Below are positions 8,724 through 16,743 of a DNA stretch of 64,000 nucleotides, one piece after another. The notes under the pieces were generated by a model. It saw nothing but the letters and a program-made list of their open reading frames with translations. It searched no databases and was not told the DNA's origin. Position numbers and translations under genes: made by a program. This DNA is from a virus (taxonomy: Duplodnaviria > Caudoviricetes): positions 64,001 to 128,000 of the IMG/VR virus record IMGVR_UViG_3300013713_000001; one strand, 5' to 3'. The stretch's first letter is position 1. The number at the start of each line of letters is the position of its first letter.

Positions 8724-9197
8724 CTACTTGAACTTAACTTTGGTGTAGCCCACCAGGTTCGTAGGGAACCGTGCTTTGTCAACGAACTCAAAGCCCAGTT
8801 TACCGTAGAACTCCAGAGCATCCACGTTACCCCGCAGGCACTCTACCTTTAACGGGAAATGCACCGAACGGGCAAATATGTCCACGAGCCGAGTTCCTAC
8901 GTGACCCTTGCGGTAGGTTTCTTCTACCCAGAGCATTTGAATCTCTCGAGGATCAGTTGGCGATACCGCCAATACCCCAGCCAACTTCTCGCCATCCAGT
9001 GCAATAACAAACCTACGGGTAATGTCAGTGAGGTCACCGCAACGCTTCTCGATTTCCTCCTTGCCAAAGCTGTGGGGATCCTTTCCAAGCAACCTGGCTT
9101 CAAGAAGAAAGGTCTGGTAGAAGCCGTGATCCAGGTGTTTGGACAGCAGGCAGCGTGTCAGTCCATCGTTGTCAAGCAGTTGGTAGGTAATGGTCAT
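8724..9197 (-). CDS. GNAT family acetyltransferase
   Basis: Motif A LWVEETYRKGHVGTRL and motif B NVDALEFYGKLGF. Confidence 0.85.
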   Translation of the reverse strand: MTITYQLLDNDGLTRCLLSKHLDHGFYQTFLLEARLLGKDPHSFGKEEIEKRCGDLTDITRRFVIALDGEKLAGVLAVSPTDPREIQMLWVEETYRKGHVGTRLVDIFARSVHFPLKVECLRGNVDALEFYGKLGFEFVDKARFPTNLVGYTKVKFK

Positions 9198-9208
9198 AAG
9201 TCCTCCAC

Positions 9209-9245
9209 AAAAAAAAATAAAGGGTGGGGGAGTGTGACCTCCCCC
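9209..9245 (-). terminator. rho-independent terminator
   Basis: GGGGGAG/CTCCCCC stem, TTTATTTTTTTTT tail. Confidence 0.7.
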
Positions 9246-9251
9246 GGTTTA

Positions 9252-9686
9252 TCAGCTGGCCTTGCAGTGACCCAGCGTGACCACGCGATCGATTGGATTG
9301 TCCTGGATCTTCTGGCCCGGCGTTTCGTCTTTCGAGGTGGTAAAGATCATAAAGAAGGGCTGGCCATTGCCGTCCCGTTTCTTGAAGATCATGCCACGGT
9401 CGTTTTGAGCAAAGTTGTTTACCAGGTCATACTCGGCCTTGGTAAACGTCAGTTCCTTGTTGAACGCTTTGCTCTTTTCCACGGTAAGCCCACCCGCGGT
9501 TACGCTGACCCTGTTCTCTTCCGACTGAATGGGGTTGTCAGTCTTGTAGACGTCAGCGGGATGCTTGGCTGCCATGTCTACAACGTTGTCGGTGTACTGC
9601 TGGCAGACAAAGCTGTTAGCCAGAGCGCCCATAGAGAATACGGAGGAGAGTACTACAACAATCAGCTTTTTCATAAGGGTATCCAT
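9252..9686 (-). CDS. secreted/periplasmic protein
   Basis: Signal peptide MKKLIVVVLSSVFSMGALA; two Cys (VCQQ...GHCK). Confidence 0.75.
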   Translation of the reverse strand: MDTLMKKLIVVVLSSVFSMGALANSFVCQQYTDNVVDMAAKHPADVYKTDNPIQSEENRVSVTAGGLTVEKSKAFNKELTFTKAEYDLVNNFAQNDRGMIFKKRDGNGQPFFMIFTTSKDETPGQKIQDNPIDRVVTLGHCKAS

Positions 9687-9724
9687 TCTTAGGTTAGGGT
9701 GTTGGTTGTGACAACTACTGGGGG

Positions 9725-10069
9725 TTAGTGCCGGGCACTCAAGAACTCACTGACGTTCTTTTGAGCCAGCCACTCGGTCATCTTTTTGTTGGGCATGTAC
9801 GTCCCGTTGATCTTGGCCTTACAGACCGCCACTGCAATGTTGCGACTACAGGCCTTGTGCGCTCGCCACCAGGAGACCCAGATAGGACTGGGCGCGCCTG
9901 AGGGGGTTGCACGGATGGGTTCTTCCATCATCCTCAACTTGGCCCACCAATCGTAACGGGCTTGGTTGGTACTGCAGTTGTTGGCGTCCATGTACCAACG
10001 CAGCCATTCCGGGTTGGGTTCGCCGTTCTTAAGAAAGAAGACGGGTTCCTTTTTAGTATTCATTCCCAT
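9725..10069 (-). CDS. WxxW tandem-module protein
   Basis: PNPEWLRWY..CSTNQA and PSPIWVSWW..CSRNIA repeats. Confidence 0.75.
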   Translation of the reverse strand: MGMNTKKEPVFFLKNGEPNPEWLRWYMDANNCSTNQARYDWWAKLRMMEEPIRATPSGAPSPIWVSWWRAHKACSRNIAVAVCKAKINGTYMPNKKMTEWLAQKNVSEFLSARH

Positions 10070-10887
10070 TAACCTTCGATAATAAAGCGTAGGCTGGTGG
10101 CGGTGCTTGGTTGGGTCAGTTCCAGGTAGTGAATCGTCAAACCTGTCACGAACTCCTCGTGGAATTCCAAGAACAGATCCCCACCGTGGAGTTTGAGCGC
10201 CAGCTCAGGAAACGCCATACGGGGAAGAAGGTATTGATCCTTATGGATTCCATAACGCCGGATGTGCGCGAGTGCCCACGAAGGGTTACCAACGCAGTAA
10301 TCCGTTATCCGTGACTCGCCAAAGAGCGCCGTGACCTTGTCCTGGACCGCCTCGGGAAGACTTATCCCGTAGAACGAAGCGTCGCCGGTCTGTTGGGCAA
10401 TCCAGCGCGTTCGGAAGAACTTAGTGTAGTCCGTCCAGACAAATCTGGTAACCCCCTTGGGCAGCTCCTCCTCGAACAACTTCACCAGAGAAACTATCCA
10501 CCCTATTAGCGTGCGGATCCCATCGGCGCTGAACCGGTCCATAGCCAAGCGCTCAATCGCCGAATGCCGGTGTTTCCCGTTGATGATATCGCTGTACTTG
10601 GCGTAGGGGTAGTCCTCGGTGACGTCCTCGAAGTAGGTGGGATGAACCAGCGCCTTCCTGAACTTATCAGAGAGCCGCGTACTGGCGGTTAGCTCCTCGA
10701 GCCGGGCAAGGCTATGCTGAATCTCTTCCCCGCGAACCTTTTCAGCTGTAGCTCCGTCAGTCTGAAAGTTGTAGATGTGTATGAGACGAGCGATCTCCTC
10801 CTCCACTGGACTTAGGACCCGAGGTGGGAACGAATTGCGGTCACTGTAGACCACCACTTTCTTTTCACGTTCTGTAAGGTAATCCAT
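10069..10887 (-). CDS. hypothetical protein
   Basis: 272 aa, GAGGA RBS, downstream of early promoter. Confidence 0.8.
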   Translation of the reverse strand: MDYLTEREKKVVVYSDRNSFPPRVLSPVEEEIARLIHIYNFQTDGATAEKVRGEEIQHSLARLEELTASTRLSDKFRKALVHPTYFEDVTEDYPYAKYSDIINGKHRHSAIERLAMDRFSADGIRTLIGWIVSLVKLFEEELPKGVTRFVWTDYTKFFRTRWIAQQTGDASFYGISLPEAVQDKVTALFGESRITDYCVGNPSWALAHIRRYGIHKDQYLLPRMAFPELALKLHGGDLFLEFHEEFVTGLTIHYLELTQPSTATSLRFIIEG

Positions 10888-10924
10888 TAAACAATCCTCA
10901 TTAGAAATTATTGCAAGGTAAATA

Positions 10925-10950
10925 CACCCTAATGATGTAGGTTCAGAAAA
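10925..10950 (-). promoter_or_regulatory. early promoter variant
   Basis: TTCTGAACCTACATCATTAGGGTG. Confidence 0.65.
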
Positions 10951-11006
10951 GAATAGAAGTTAAATCCTTTGCGTTCTTCTCGCTGATATAGATTGTGTCG
11001 GGTGTC

Positions 11007-11054
11007 AAAAAATAAAGCCGTATAGCTACCTACCAGCCAGTGGCTGGTAGGTAG
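11007..11054 (-). terminator. CTACC/GGTAG-type hairpin terminator
   Basis: 13-bp stem CTACCTACCAGCC/GGCTGGTAGGTAG, TTTATTTTTT further downstream. Confidence 0.75.
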
Positions 11055-11060
11055 TAAGGG

Positions 11061-11258
11061 TTATCGCAGGTCTTTGTCTCGGTCGAATGCAGCGGCCTTT
11101 TCTGCTTCCCATCTCGCATGGCAAGCGGAGGTGTCGTAAACTCCCCAGCACCAGGTAACCGCAAAAGAGCGAAACGTCTTGCTTATCATCCCTGTTCCAT
11201 AGACTACAAAGAGCACAAGAAGGAGGTAGATAAAAGCAAGTTTCGTGTATTTAGTCAT
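11061..11258 (-). CDS. small membrane protein
   Basis: N-terminal TM, two Cys. Confidence 0.6.
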   Translation of the reverse strand: MTKYTKLAFIYLLLVLFVVYGTGMISKTFRSFAVTWCWGVYDTSACHARWEAEKAAAFDRDKDLR

Positions 11259-11267
11259 TACTTGTCC

Positions 11268-11723
11268 TTAAGTAGGTCGCATGGAACAACCCAGCGCTAC
11301 TGCTTCGTGAATGGGCATACTGTCCCGCCTTGCGATGTCAAGTACCCACGCATGGGAGATATACCGCCCATTGGTGGTAAACAACGAAGGGGGCTCTGGA
11401 GGAAGGGCAATGTCCGCGGCAATATCTGCAGTAATGGCCTCGCCTAGCTTCTGGGCGATCAGCTGGATCTTTCCCAATGAGGTATCATCTGCTGTGTGGA
11501 TGAGATGATGAAACTCATCACCCTTGCTAGGACCGTTCCTTAATACGAAATCCAGCCAGTCACACCAGATCCGGTTGTAATGCCCCTCTTTGCGGCTGAA
11601 CAGCGGAGGCTCAGATGCATGGGGGACGTAGGGCCCGCCTTCAATAAAGGAACGAATGAAGGGGAGTTCTGCCATATGGGGGTTTAGTGCAGCTACCCCC
11701 AATGAGTTTAGTAAGTCACTCAT
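11268..11723 (-). CDS. divergent WxxW-module protein
   Basis: YNRIWCDWL and ISHAWVLDIARRDSMPIHEA segments, each preceded by EPP(L/S). Confidence 0.65.
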   Translation of the reverse strand: MSDLLNSLGVAALNPHMAELPFIRSFIEGGPYVPHASEPPLFSRKEGHYNRIWCDWLDFVLRNGPSKGDEFHHLIHTADDTSLGKIQLIAQKLGEAITADIAADIALPPEPPSLFTTNGRYISHAWVLDIARRDSMPIHEAVALGCSMRPT

Positions 11724-11728
11724 CTCGC

Positions 11729-11878
11729 CTACCCTAGATAAGAATCCAAAGACAGGTCCCAGTAAAACCAGAACACGCCATTGATCGTCACACCATACTC
11801 AACCCCAAAGGAGTGAACAAAGGCGTAAATAACTCTGCCCTCGTGATCCTTACCAACTGGAATTAAGGGAGTGTCCAT
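11729..11878 (-). CDS. small hypothetical protein
   Basis: Start MDTPLIP with GGAG RBS. Confidence 0.45.
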   Translation of the reverse strand: MDTPLIPVGKDHEGRVIYAFVHSFGVEYGVTINGVFWFYWDLSLDSYLG

Positions 11879-12110
11879 AAAGCGAATGCTCCAAGGGTTT
11901 AATCCAGTCAAAACTACGTTGAGGTTTAATAACGGTCCTGATAGGAGTGTACCAGATGTAACCAACGCGCTCCTCCCCCATGTAGAACCGAACTAGCTTG
12001 TCGCATTCTTTCGTTACAATCCACTGGTTAGGACCCGGTGGGTGTATTCTTGCGGTTACGGCTAATTCTCGGTCCACAAAGGGCCAGCCAATTACATCGT
12101 GGCAACTCAT
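11850..12110 (-). CDS. hypothetical protein
   Basis: ORF track, AAGGT RBS. Confidence 0.55.
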   Translation of the reverse strand: MSCHDVIGWPFVDRELAVTARIHPPGPNQWIVTKECDKLVRFYMGEERVGYIWYTPIRTVIKPQRSFDWIKPLEHSLYGHSLNSSW

Positions 12111-12122
12111 TACCTTTTCTCC

Positions 12123-12701
12123 TTACAGGGCCATTAGTCGTTTGATTTCATCGGTGGTTTTCTTGTCTTTCACTTCTTCCCAAGAAGCTTCGTCCATCGT
12201 AATGTCCATCTTGATGGAGACGCCAGAGAACCCGAATTCTGAGAACAAGACAATCTTGTCGTTGAAGTGCTTGACTCGGTTCTCGATCATCCACTGGACA
12301 ATCGCCTGGTCAAGGATTTCGCGTTCCTGATCAGGGGTCCAGATGTCCGTTTTCTTTTTGTTCAGCCAGGATGGCATGGTCTTCAAACTGATGCCGTAGA
12401 ACTGTTGTTTGTAGATCACCATGCCGTGGTTGCCCTCGGCTTTCAACTGGTGGATCAGTTGGGGGACATTGTCCAGTTCGTAGATGAACTGTGCCAGCGT
12501 TTTCATTTTGTCCTTTACCTTGGGGTTCAGCAAGGTATCGCAAAACGACCGCTGGATAAAGTCGGGGACCTGACTATAGATCTGCCTGACTCGCTCCAGG
12601 AGTTTCTTGGCATTCTTTGGCGGGTAGTCCCGGAACCACGCGATGACCTGCTGTTCTTGTTCTACTGCTTCCGCGTTGGGATTGAATTCAAAATTTTTCA
12701 T
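12123..12701 (-). CDS. hypothetical protein
   Basis: GAGGAG RBS. Confidence 0.8.
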   Translation of the reverse strand: MKNFEFNPNAEAVEQEQQVIAWFRDYPPKNAKKLLERVRQIYSQVPDFIQRSFCDTLLNPKVKDKMKTLAQFIYELDNVPQLIHQLKAEGNHGMVIYKQQFYGISLKTMPSWLNKKKTDIWTPDQEREILDQAIVQWMIENRVKHFNDKIVLFSEFGFSGVSIKMDITMDEASWEEVKDKKTTDEIKRLMAL

Positions 12702-12786
12702 AAATGTGCTCCTCAGACCTTAAAGATGAATCGGCAAGTAATATTTTATGTCAACCATTAACACATCAACAGACTAGGGGTACTAC

Positions 12787-13884
12787 ATGGACATGGCAGC
12801 TGATTCCGACAATACTGAACTTTACGAGGACGATCACATCGAGGAAGTGTTTACTGCCCTCGACGATACGCTCGATGAGGTTGCCGGTACCGAAGGTCTG
12901 ACGAAAGCGCAAACCTACATGTGGAGTGTTCTGAACGCCAACGGTGACGTCTCCTACCAGCAGCGGGTAGCCGGTAACGAAAGCTTCTTCTCGAAGGTTG
13001 GTGACGGCCTCGCTAAGGTATGGGCGTACATCAAGAAGATGTTCAACGGCATCCTGAACTTCTTTGGTCTCGGTGAGAAGAAAGAACCCGGGATGAGTAT
13101 TACCGAACAAACCGATGCCATCTTGAAAGCCAACCAGGAAAACCTGGCTGCGTTGACGGGTGCTCGAATGAACTTCGGTGAGCAACTGAAGCGTCAGGTG
13201 GTGCGTTCGCAAAGCGAGCTCGATGCCTTCATGACCGCGCCGAACGTGACCACGACGGAACGTAAGGAAGCCGAAGACCTGAAGGCCAAGCTTCACGACA
13301 TCAAGGCCCTGCCAGCGCCTGAGCAACAGCGCGTTGTCAAAGAAGTCGTTGAACGTTTCGTCAAGATCAACTCCCGGATGCAGCGTGCACTCGACGATCA
13401 ATGCCAAAAGGCGTTGGACGAGTACAAGCGTTATCAGGAACAGGTGACCTTTGACAACAGTTCCCACTTTGCTGGGACCGCCTTCCTGGGCATGTACAAC
13501 ATCTACCATGCGGCGATGAAGCACAACGCCAGTCATGAGATCGCCCAGTTTGTTCGTATTCCTCAAGGCATGCGCACTCTGAACGATGCGGCGCGTGCTC
13601 AGGAGTCGTTGGCCAAAGCGGTCAAGGAACTGGAAAGCGAATCCGCGTCGATCAGCCGCGGGATCAAAGCCGACGCAATCAACCAGATCAAGAGGCTGCA
13701 AGAGCTGGTTGAGCGGAAGGACCTGCGCGATGCCAACCGCGACAAGTTCAACAAGGACTTGAAGGCCTGCCAGCTGATCCTTAAGCTGACCACCAACGCC
13801 ATCCGCCAGTTGCGCGCCACCTGCGAGAACATCCGCAAGATCAGCAACATGATCAACCGTATGTTCGGTGTAGTCACCGGTTAA
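12787..13884 (+). CDS. internal head (inner-body/ejection) protein of the phiKZ paralog type
   Basis: Acidic propeptide; AGTE and AGNE sites matching S/A/G-x-E prohead-protease motifs, followed by SFFSKVGDGLAKVWAYIKKMFNGILNFF; coiled coil; late-type ATTTTATG upstream. Confidence 0.7.
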   Translation: MDMAADSDNTELYEDDHIEEVFTALDDTLDEVAGTEGLTKAQTYMWSVLNANGDVSYQQRVAGNESFFSKVGDGLAKVWAYIKKMFNGILNFFGLGEKKEPGMSITEQTDAILKANQENLAALTGARMNFGEQLKRQVVRSQSELDAFMTAPNVTTTERKEAEDLKAKLHDIKALPAPEQQRVVKEVVERFVKINSRMQRALDDQCQKALDEYKRYQEQVTFDNSSHFAGTAFLGMYNIYHAAMKHNASHEIAQFVRIPQGMRTLNDAARAQESLAKAVKELESESASISRGIKADAINQIKRLQELVERKDLRDANRDKFNKDLKACQLILKLTTNAIRQLRATCENIRKISNMINRMFGVVTG

Positions 13885-13895
13885 AAAGAAACTCT

Positions 13896-13941
13896 CCTAC
13901 CGCACCCCTGGGGTGCGGTAGGTAGGGTCTATTATGCATTT
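13896..13941. terminator. hairpin between convergent genes with GGTAGGGTCTATTATGC tail
   Basis: CCTACCGCACCCC/GGGGTGCGGTAGG palindrome. Confidence 0.75.
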
Positions 13942-14288
13942 CCTGCTAAACGCTTCTTAACCTTTGCTCGACCCACCAACAGGGTTTCGGCAAGGCTAAC
14001 CTTGTGCTTCTCGCGATACCACGTGATCCAGGCGGGTGAGGGGTTGAACCGGCTCAGGTTACTCAGGACCTCGGGTTCTTTAGGATCTTTATCGGGATCC
14101 TGTCCCTTTACCGCGGCTCGATAACGAGCCTCGAGACGGCGCTTACCTTCTTCCAGGGCATCCCGTAGACCGCAGTCATGGTTGATCCGGTACCACTCCA
14201 GCCAGTCCTTACTCAGACCCACCGACAGCGGGCGGTCGCCCCGCAAGTCAGGTTCCGGGGTACCCTTAAGTGGAGATACTTCTTCCAT
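13932..14288 (-). CDS. WxxW tandem-module protein
   Basis: True start MEEVSP (AGGAG RBS); LSKDWLEWYRINHDCGLRDA and PSPAWITWYREKHKVSLAET. Confidence 0.75.
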   Translation of the reverse strand: MEEVSPLKGTPEPDLRGDRPLSVGLSKDWLEWYRINHDCGLRDALEEGKRRLEARYRAAVKGQDPDKDPKEPEVLSNLSRFNPSPAWITWYREKHKVSLAETLLVGRAKVKKRLAGNA

Positions 14289-14298
14289 AACGAACTCC

Positions 14299-14718
14299 TT
14301 ATTCTCGATGAGTGATACACACCGCAGTTTGGTGAGCTTCTTCGAAACTAACCCCAAAGCTGTAGCTGTACCAGATAACCCACTCCAGAGAGATAACCTT
14401 GTTGGGACCCACCAATACCGGAGGGAGATAACCATTGCAGTAGTGACGTGGTGGTTCTAAGGCCAGTCCCTTCTTGATATCGTCCACAGCCTTAAGGGCG
14501 GCTGGGTACCCGAGGGTAATGTTTCGTTTCAGGAACCACGCTAACCAGCGGGTATTAACGCCGTGGGGCTCAGCGCCAAACACAGACGGTTCATCAACAG
14601 CAGGGATGTAATGCACCCGAGGAACAGCAACAAAGCCACTCGGAATACGAGGCTCTGCTTCGGGAGGCAGGATGTACAGGGAGAAGAGACGCTTGAGGTG
14701 AAGGATCATCCGCTTCAT
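14299..14718 (-). CDS. WxxW tandem-module protein
   Basis: VNTRWLAWFLKRNITLGYPAA and ISLEWVIWYSYSFGVSFEEA. Confidence 0.7.
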   Translation of the reverse strand: MKRMILHLKRLFSLYILPPEAEPRIPSGFVAVPRVHYIPAVDEPSVFGAEPHGVNTRWLAWFLKRNITLGYPAALKAVDDIKKGLALEPPRHYCNGYLPPVLVGPNKVISLEWVIWYSYSFGVSFEEAHQTAVCITHRE

Positions 14719-14783
14719 GCGGGTATACTCGACAAGAGGGTTAAGGATAAGGGGGTCCGTACAATGACCCCCTAGGTTGGAAC

Positions 14784-15641
14784 TTAGTACAAGACGTTCG
14801 TGACAGTGGTCGGACGGCCTTCGTTCTCACCGTAGAGTACATCACGGAAGGCCAAGATAACTTCGGTAACGAGCATCTTTTCCATAGGTGTCTGCTCGTC
14901 TCGCCCTTCGTAACGGATTTCAAGACCCCCTCCATCTTCCTCACTCGCGTTCAGAGTAAAGAGGTGAGGTGGAGAGATCTCCAGCACGTCCGTTTCGGGG
15001 GTGTGTTCCCGCACGTGGATGACCACCAGACGATCCCCGTTTTCACGGGTAATGCGACTCAGTGAAGGTGAGAACCGCTTCTTCTTGAAGTAGCTGGGAA
15101 GTTCGACTGTGTCTTTGAATTCCACCAGGGGCAACGCCCGATGCTTGGCATGGTAAGACTCCAGGCCATAGAACAGGTCCCGGACCATGAGGTTAGAAGT
15201 CTTTCTCCGAATACCCTCTTCGACGTCAAAGTACTCGCCAATATTCATGGAGACCTTGATGGGTTCTCCGGGAACCTGTTTCAGTACAAAGACCACGGTC
15301 ATCAAGGGGTGAGGTTCCTTGCTGTCCTTCGTGTACCCCACTACTGCAAATTCACCAATGCCGTTGATCGTCCCGTTTACTTCTGGAAGGAACAGTTTGG
15401 CAAAGTCAGGGTTTAATTCACGTGACGCAGTCCCCAGAAGCCCAGTCATCAGCCCCATCCTGGCCATACCCGTTTGGTAGTTTACAGCCTTGTCGTTCTC
15501 GCCGTAGGTTTCCCCAGCCAGGACAATGCCGTTATCGACCATTTCGGACCAGGTGGTCTTTTTGCTCTGCAGGTCCTCGGTCTTGATCGAGCAGATGATA
15601 TCAAACGAGCTGCAGTCAGTGGCCATGATGTGCTTGTTCAT
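14784..15641 (-). CDS. hypothetical protein
   Basis: 285 aa, AGGAG RBS. Confidence 0.8.
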   Translation of the reverse strand: MNKHIMATDCSSFDIICSIKTEDLQSKKTTWSEMVDNGIVLAGETYGENDKAVNYQTGMARMGLMTGLLGTASRELNPDFAKLFLPEVNGTINGIGEFAVVGYTKDSKEPHPLMTVVFVLKQVPGEPIKVSMNIGEYFDVEEGIRRKTSNLMVRDLFYGLESYHAKHRALPLVEFKDTVELPSYFKKKRFSPSLSRITRENGDRLVVIHVREHTPETDVLEISPPHLFTLNASEEDGGGLEIRYEGRDEQTPMEKMLVTEVILAFRDVLYGENEGRPTTVTNVLY

Positions 15642-15652
15642 GGGAGGTACTC

Positions 15653-16123
15653 CTAGTTGAGTTGATGAGTGTTGGGGGATTCGACGCTAAGCATGAAGAG
15701 TTTGAGCCAGTTGATGCAGTATTCAACAAGCTCTATTTTGTACTCATCCATGACGTCAGTCGCCTCATGGAGCATGATAATGGTTTCACCCTTACCGTCT
15801 TCTCGGGCCATGATACTGAAGCAGTTAGGGCCGGTTGGCCCAGGTCCCGTTTTGAATGCCAGCAGGCAGTACTCGATATTGTCCTCACGGGATTTCCAGA
15901 ACCCTGGGTAAGGATACATCATGATGCTCCGCTCACCGGTTGCCGGGTCAGGTGTCTTAGTCTTACCCTCAAACATCGGGAGGTTGTTGGTATCGCGGAT
16001 AAAGGTGTAAATCGACTGCCACAACAGCTTGAACGCGATAGGACCAACCAGCTCTCCTGGCGCGATGTAAGTGTGTGAGTCGGGAAGGTGTTCAGAAGGA
16101 GTTGTCTTGTAACTATCGATCAT
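15653..16123 (-). CDS. hypothetical protein
   Basis: First gene after an exact TATATTAC promoter. Confidence 0.75.
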   Translation of the reverse strand: MIDSYKTTPSEHLPDSHTYIAPGELVGPIAFKLLWQSIYTFIRDTNNLPMFEGKTKTPDPATGERSIMMYPYPGFWKSREDNIEYCLLAFKTGPGPTGPNCFSIMAREDGKGETIIMLHEATDVMDEYKIELVEYCINWLKLFMLSVESPNTHQLN

Positions 16124-16157
16124 AGTGAAGCCCTGTAGATAAACAATATGCGTGGTT

Positions 16158-16182
16158 ACACAATGGTAATATAGGTTTCAGA
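16158..16182 (-). promoter_or_regulatory. early promoter
   Basis: TGAAACCTATATTAC exact core (plus strand 16166-16173). Confidence 0.8.
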
Positions 16183-16204
16183 AAAAATAAGTAATTTAGA
16201 GAAC

Positions 16205-16232
16205 GCCTACCTGGGGTAATCCCCAGGTAGGC
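16205..16232 (-). terminator. CTACC/GGTAG-type hairpin
   Basis: 12-bp stem GCCTACCTGGGG/CCCCAGGTAGGC. Confidence 0.7.
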
Positions 16233-16276
16233 TAGGATCATTGGAGGTTGGTGTTATCCCTTATCCAAACTTCCAG

Positions 16277-16675
16277 TCAAGCAAAGTCAGCGATGATGAT
16301 TTTGAACTGATCCTTTGCAGGAAGCTTTTCCATGCAGATCAGTGGCCCCGGTGTTTCTTCGACAACCGAGACTTCCAGGTCATCTGTCTCGATGCTGACT
16401 GCAACCACCTGGATGAACTGCACCTGCTCGTTGCAATGATGACGGGCAAACAGATCGTTCCGGAACTCACTGCTGCCTTCGTGGAGAATCGCGTTCGTGA
16501 CCGTATTGCAAATCGCCCGTGGACTTTTGAACCGAGAAGCTAGCCAGAGTTCAGGTGTCAAGTCGAGTATTTGAGAGGCAGCAATCGACATTCCCTCTTC
16601 CAGTGTGACAAATAACCGTTGCTCACCTTTGCTGTTCTTTACACGAACCTGTACAACCGAAAAAGACTGAATCAT
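16277..16675 (-). CDS. hypothetical protein
   Basis: Start MIQSF with GAGGT RBS. Confidence 0.6.
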   Translation of the reverse strand: MIQSFSVVQVRVKNSKGEQRLFVTLEEGMSIAASQILDLTPELWLASRFKSPRAICNTVTNAILHEGSSEFRNDLFARHHCNEQVQFIQVVAVSIETDDLEVSVVEETPGPLICMEKLPAKDQFKIIIADFA

Positions 16676-16691
16676 AATAAACCTCTTAGAC

Positions 16692-16719
16692 AAAAAATAA
16701 GGGAACCCGGAGGTTCCCT
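16692..16719 (-). terminator. rho-independent terminator with C(UCCG)G loop
   Basis: AGGGAACC/GGTTCCCT stem, TTATTTTTT tail. Confidence 0.8.
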
Positions 16720-16743
16720 GAACAGGGGATTGGAAAGCTTGGA

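Noticed and set aside
14289-14435. N-terminal extension of the 13932 ORF, and similar extensions at 18526, 26643, 44036 and 46965
   Set aside because: They overlap upstream genes; internal ATGs with better RBS or packing are preferred.
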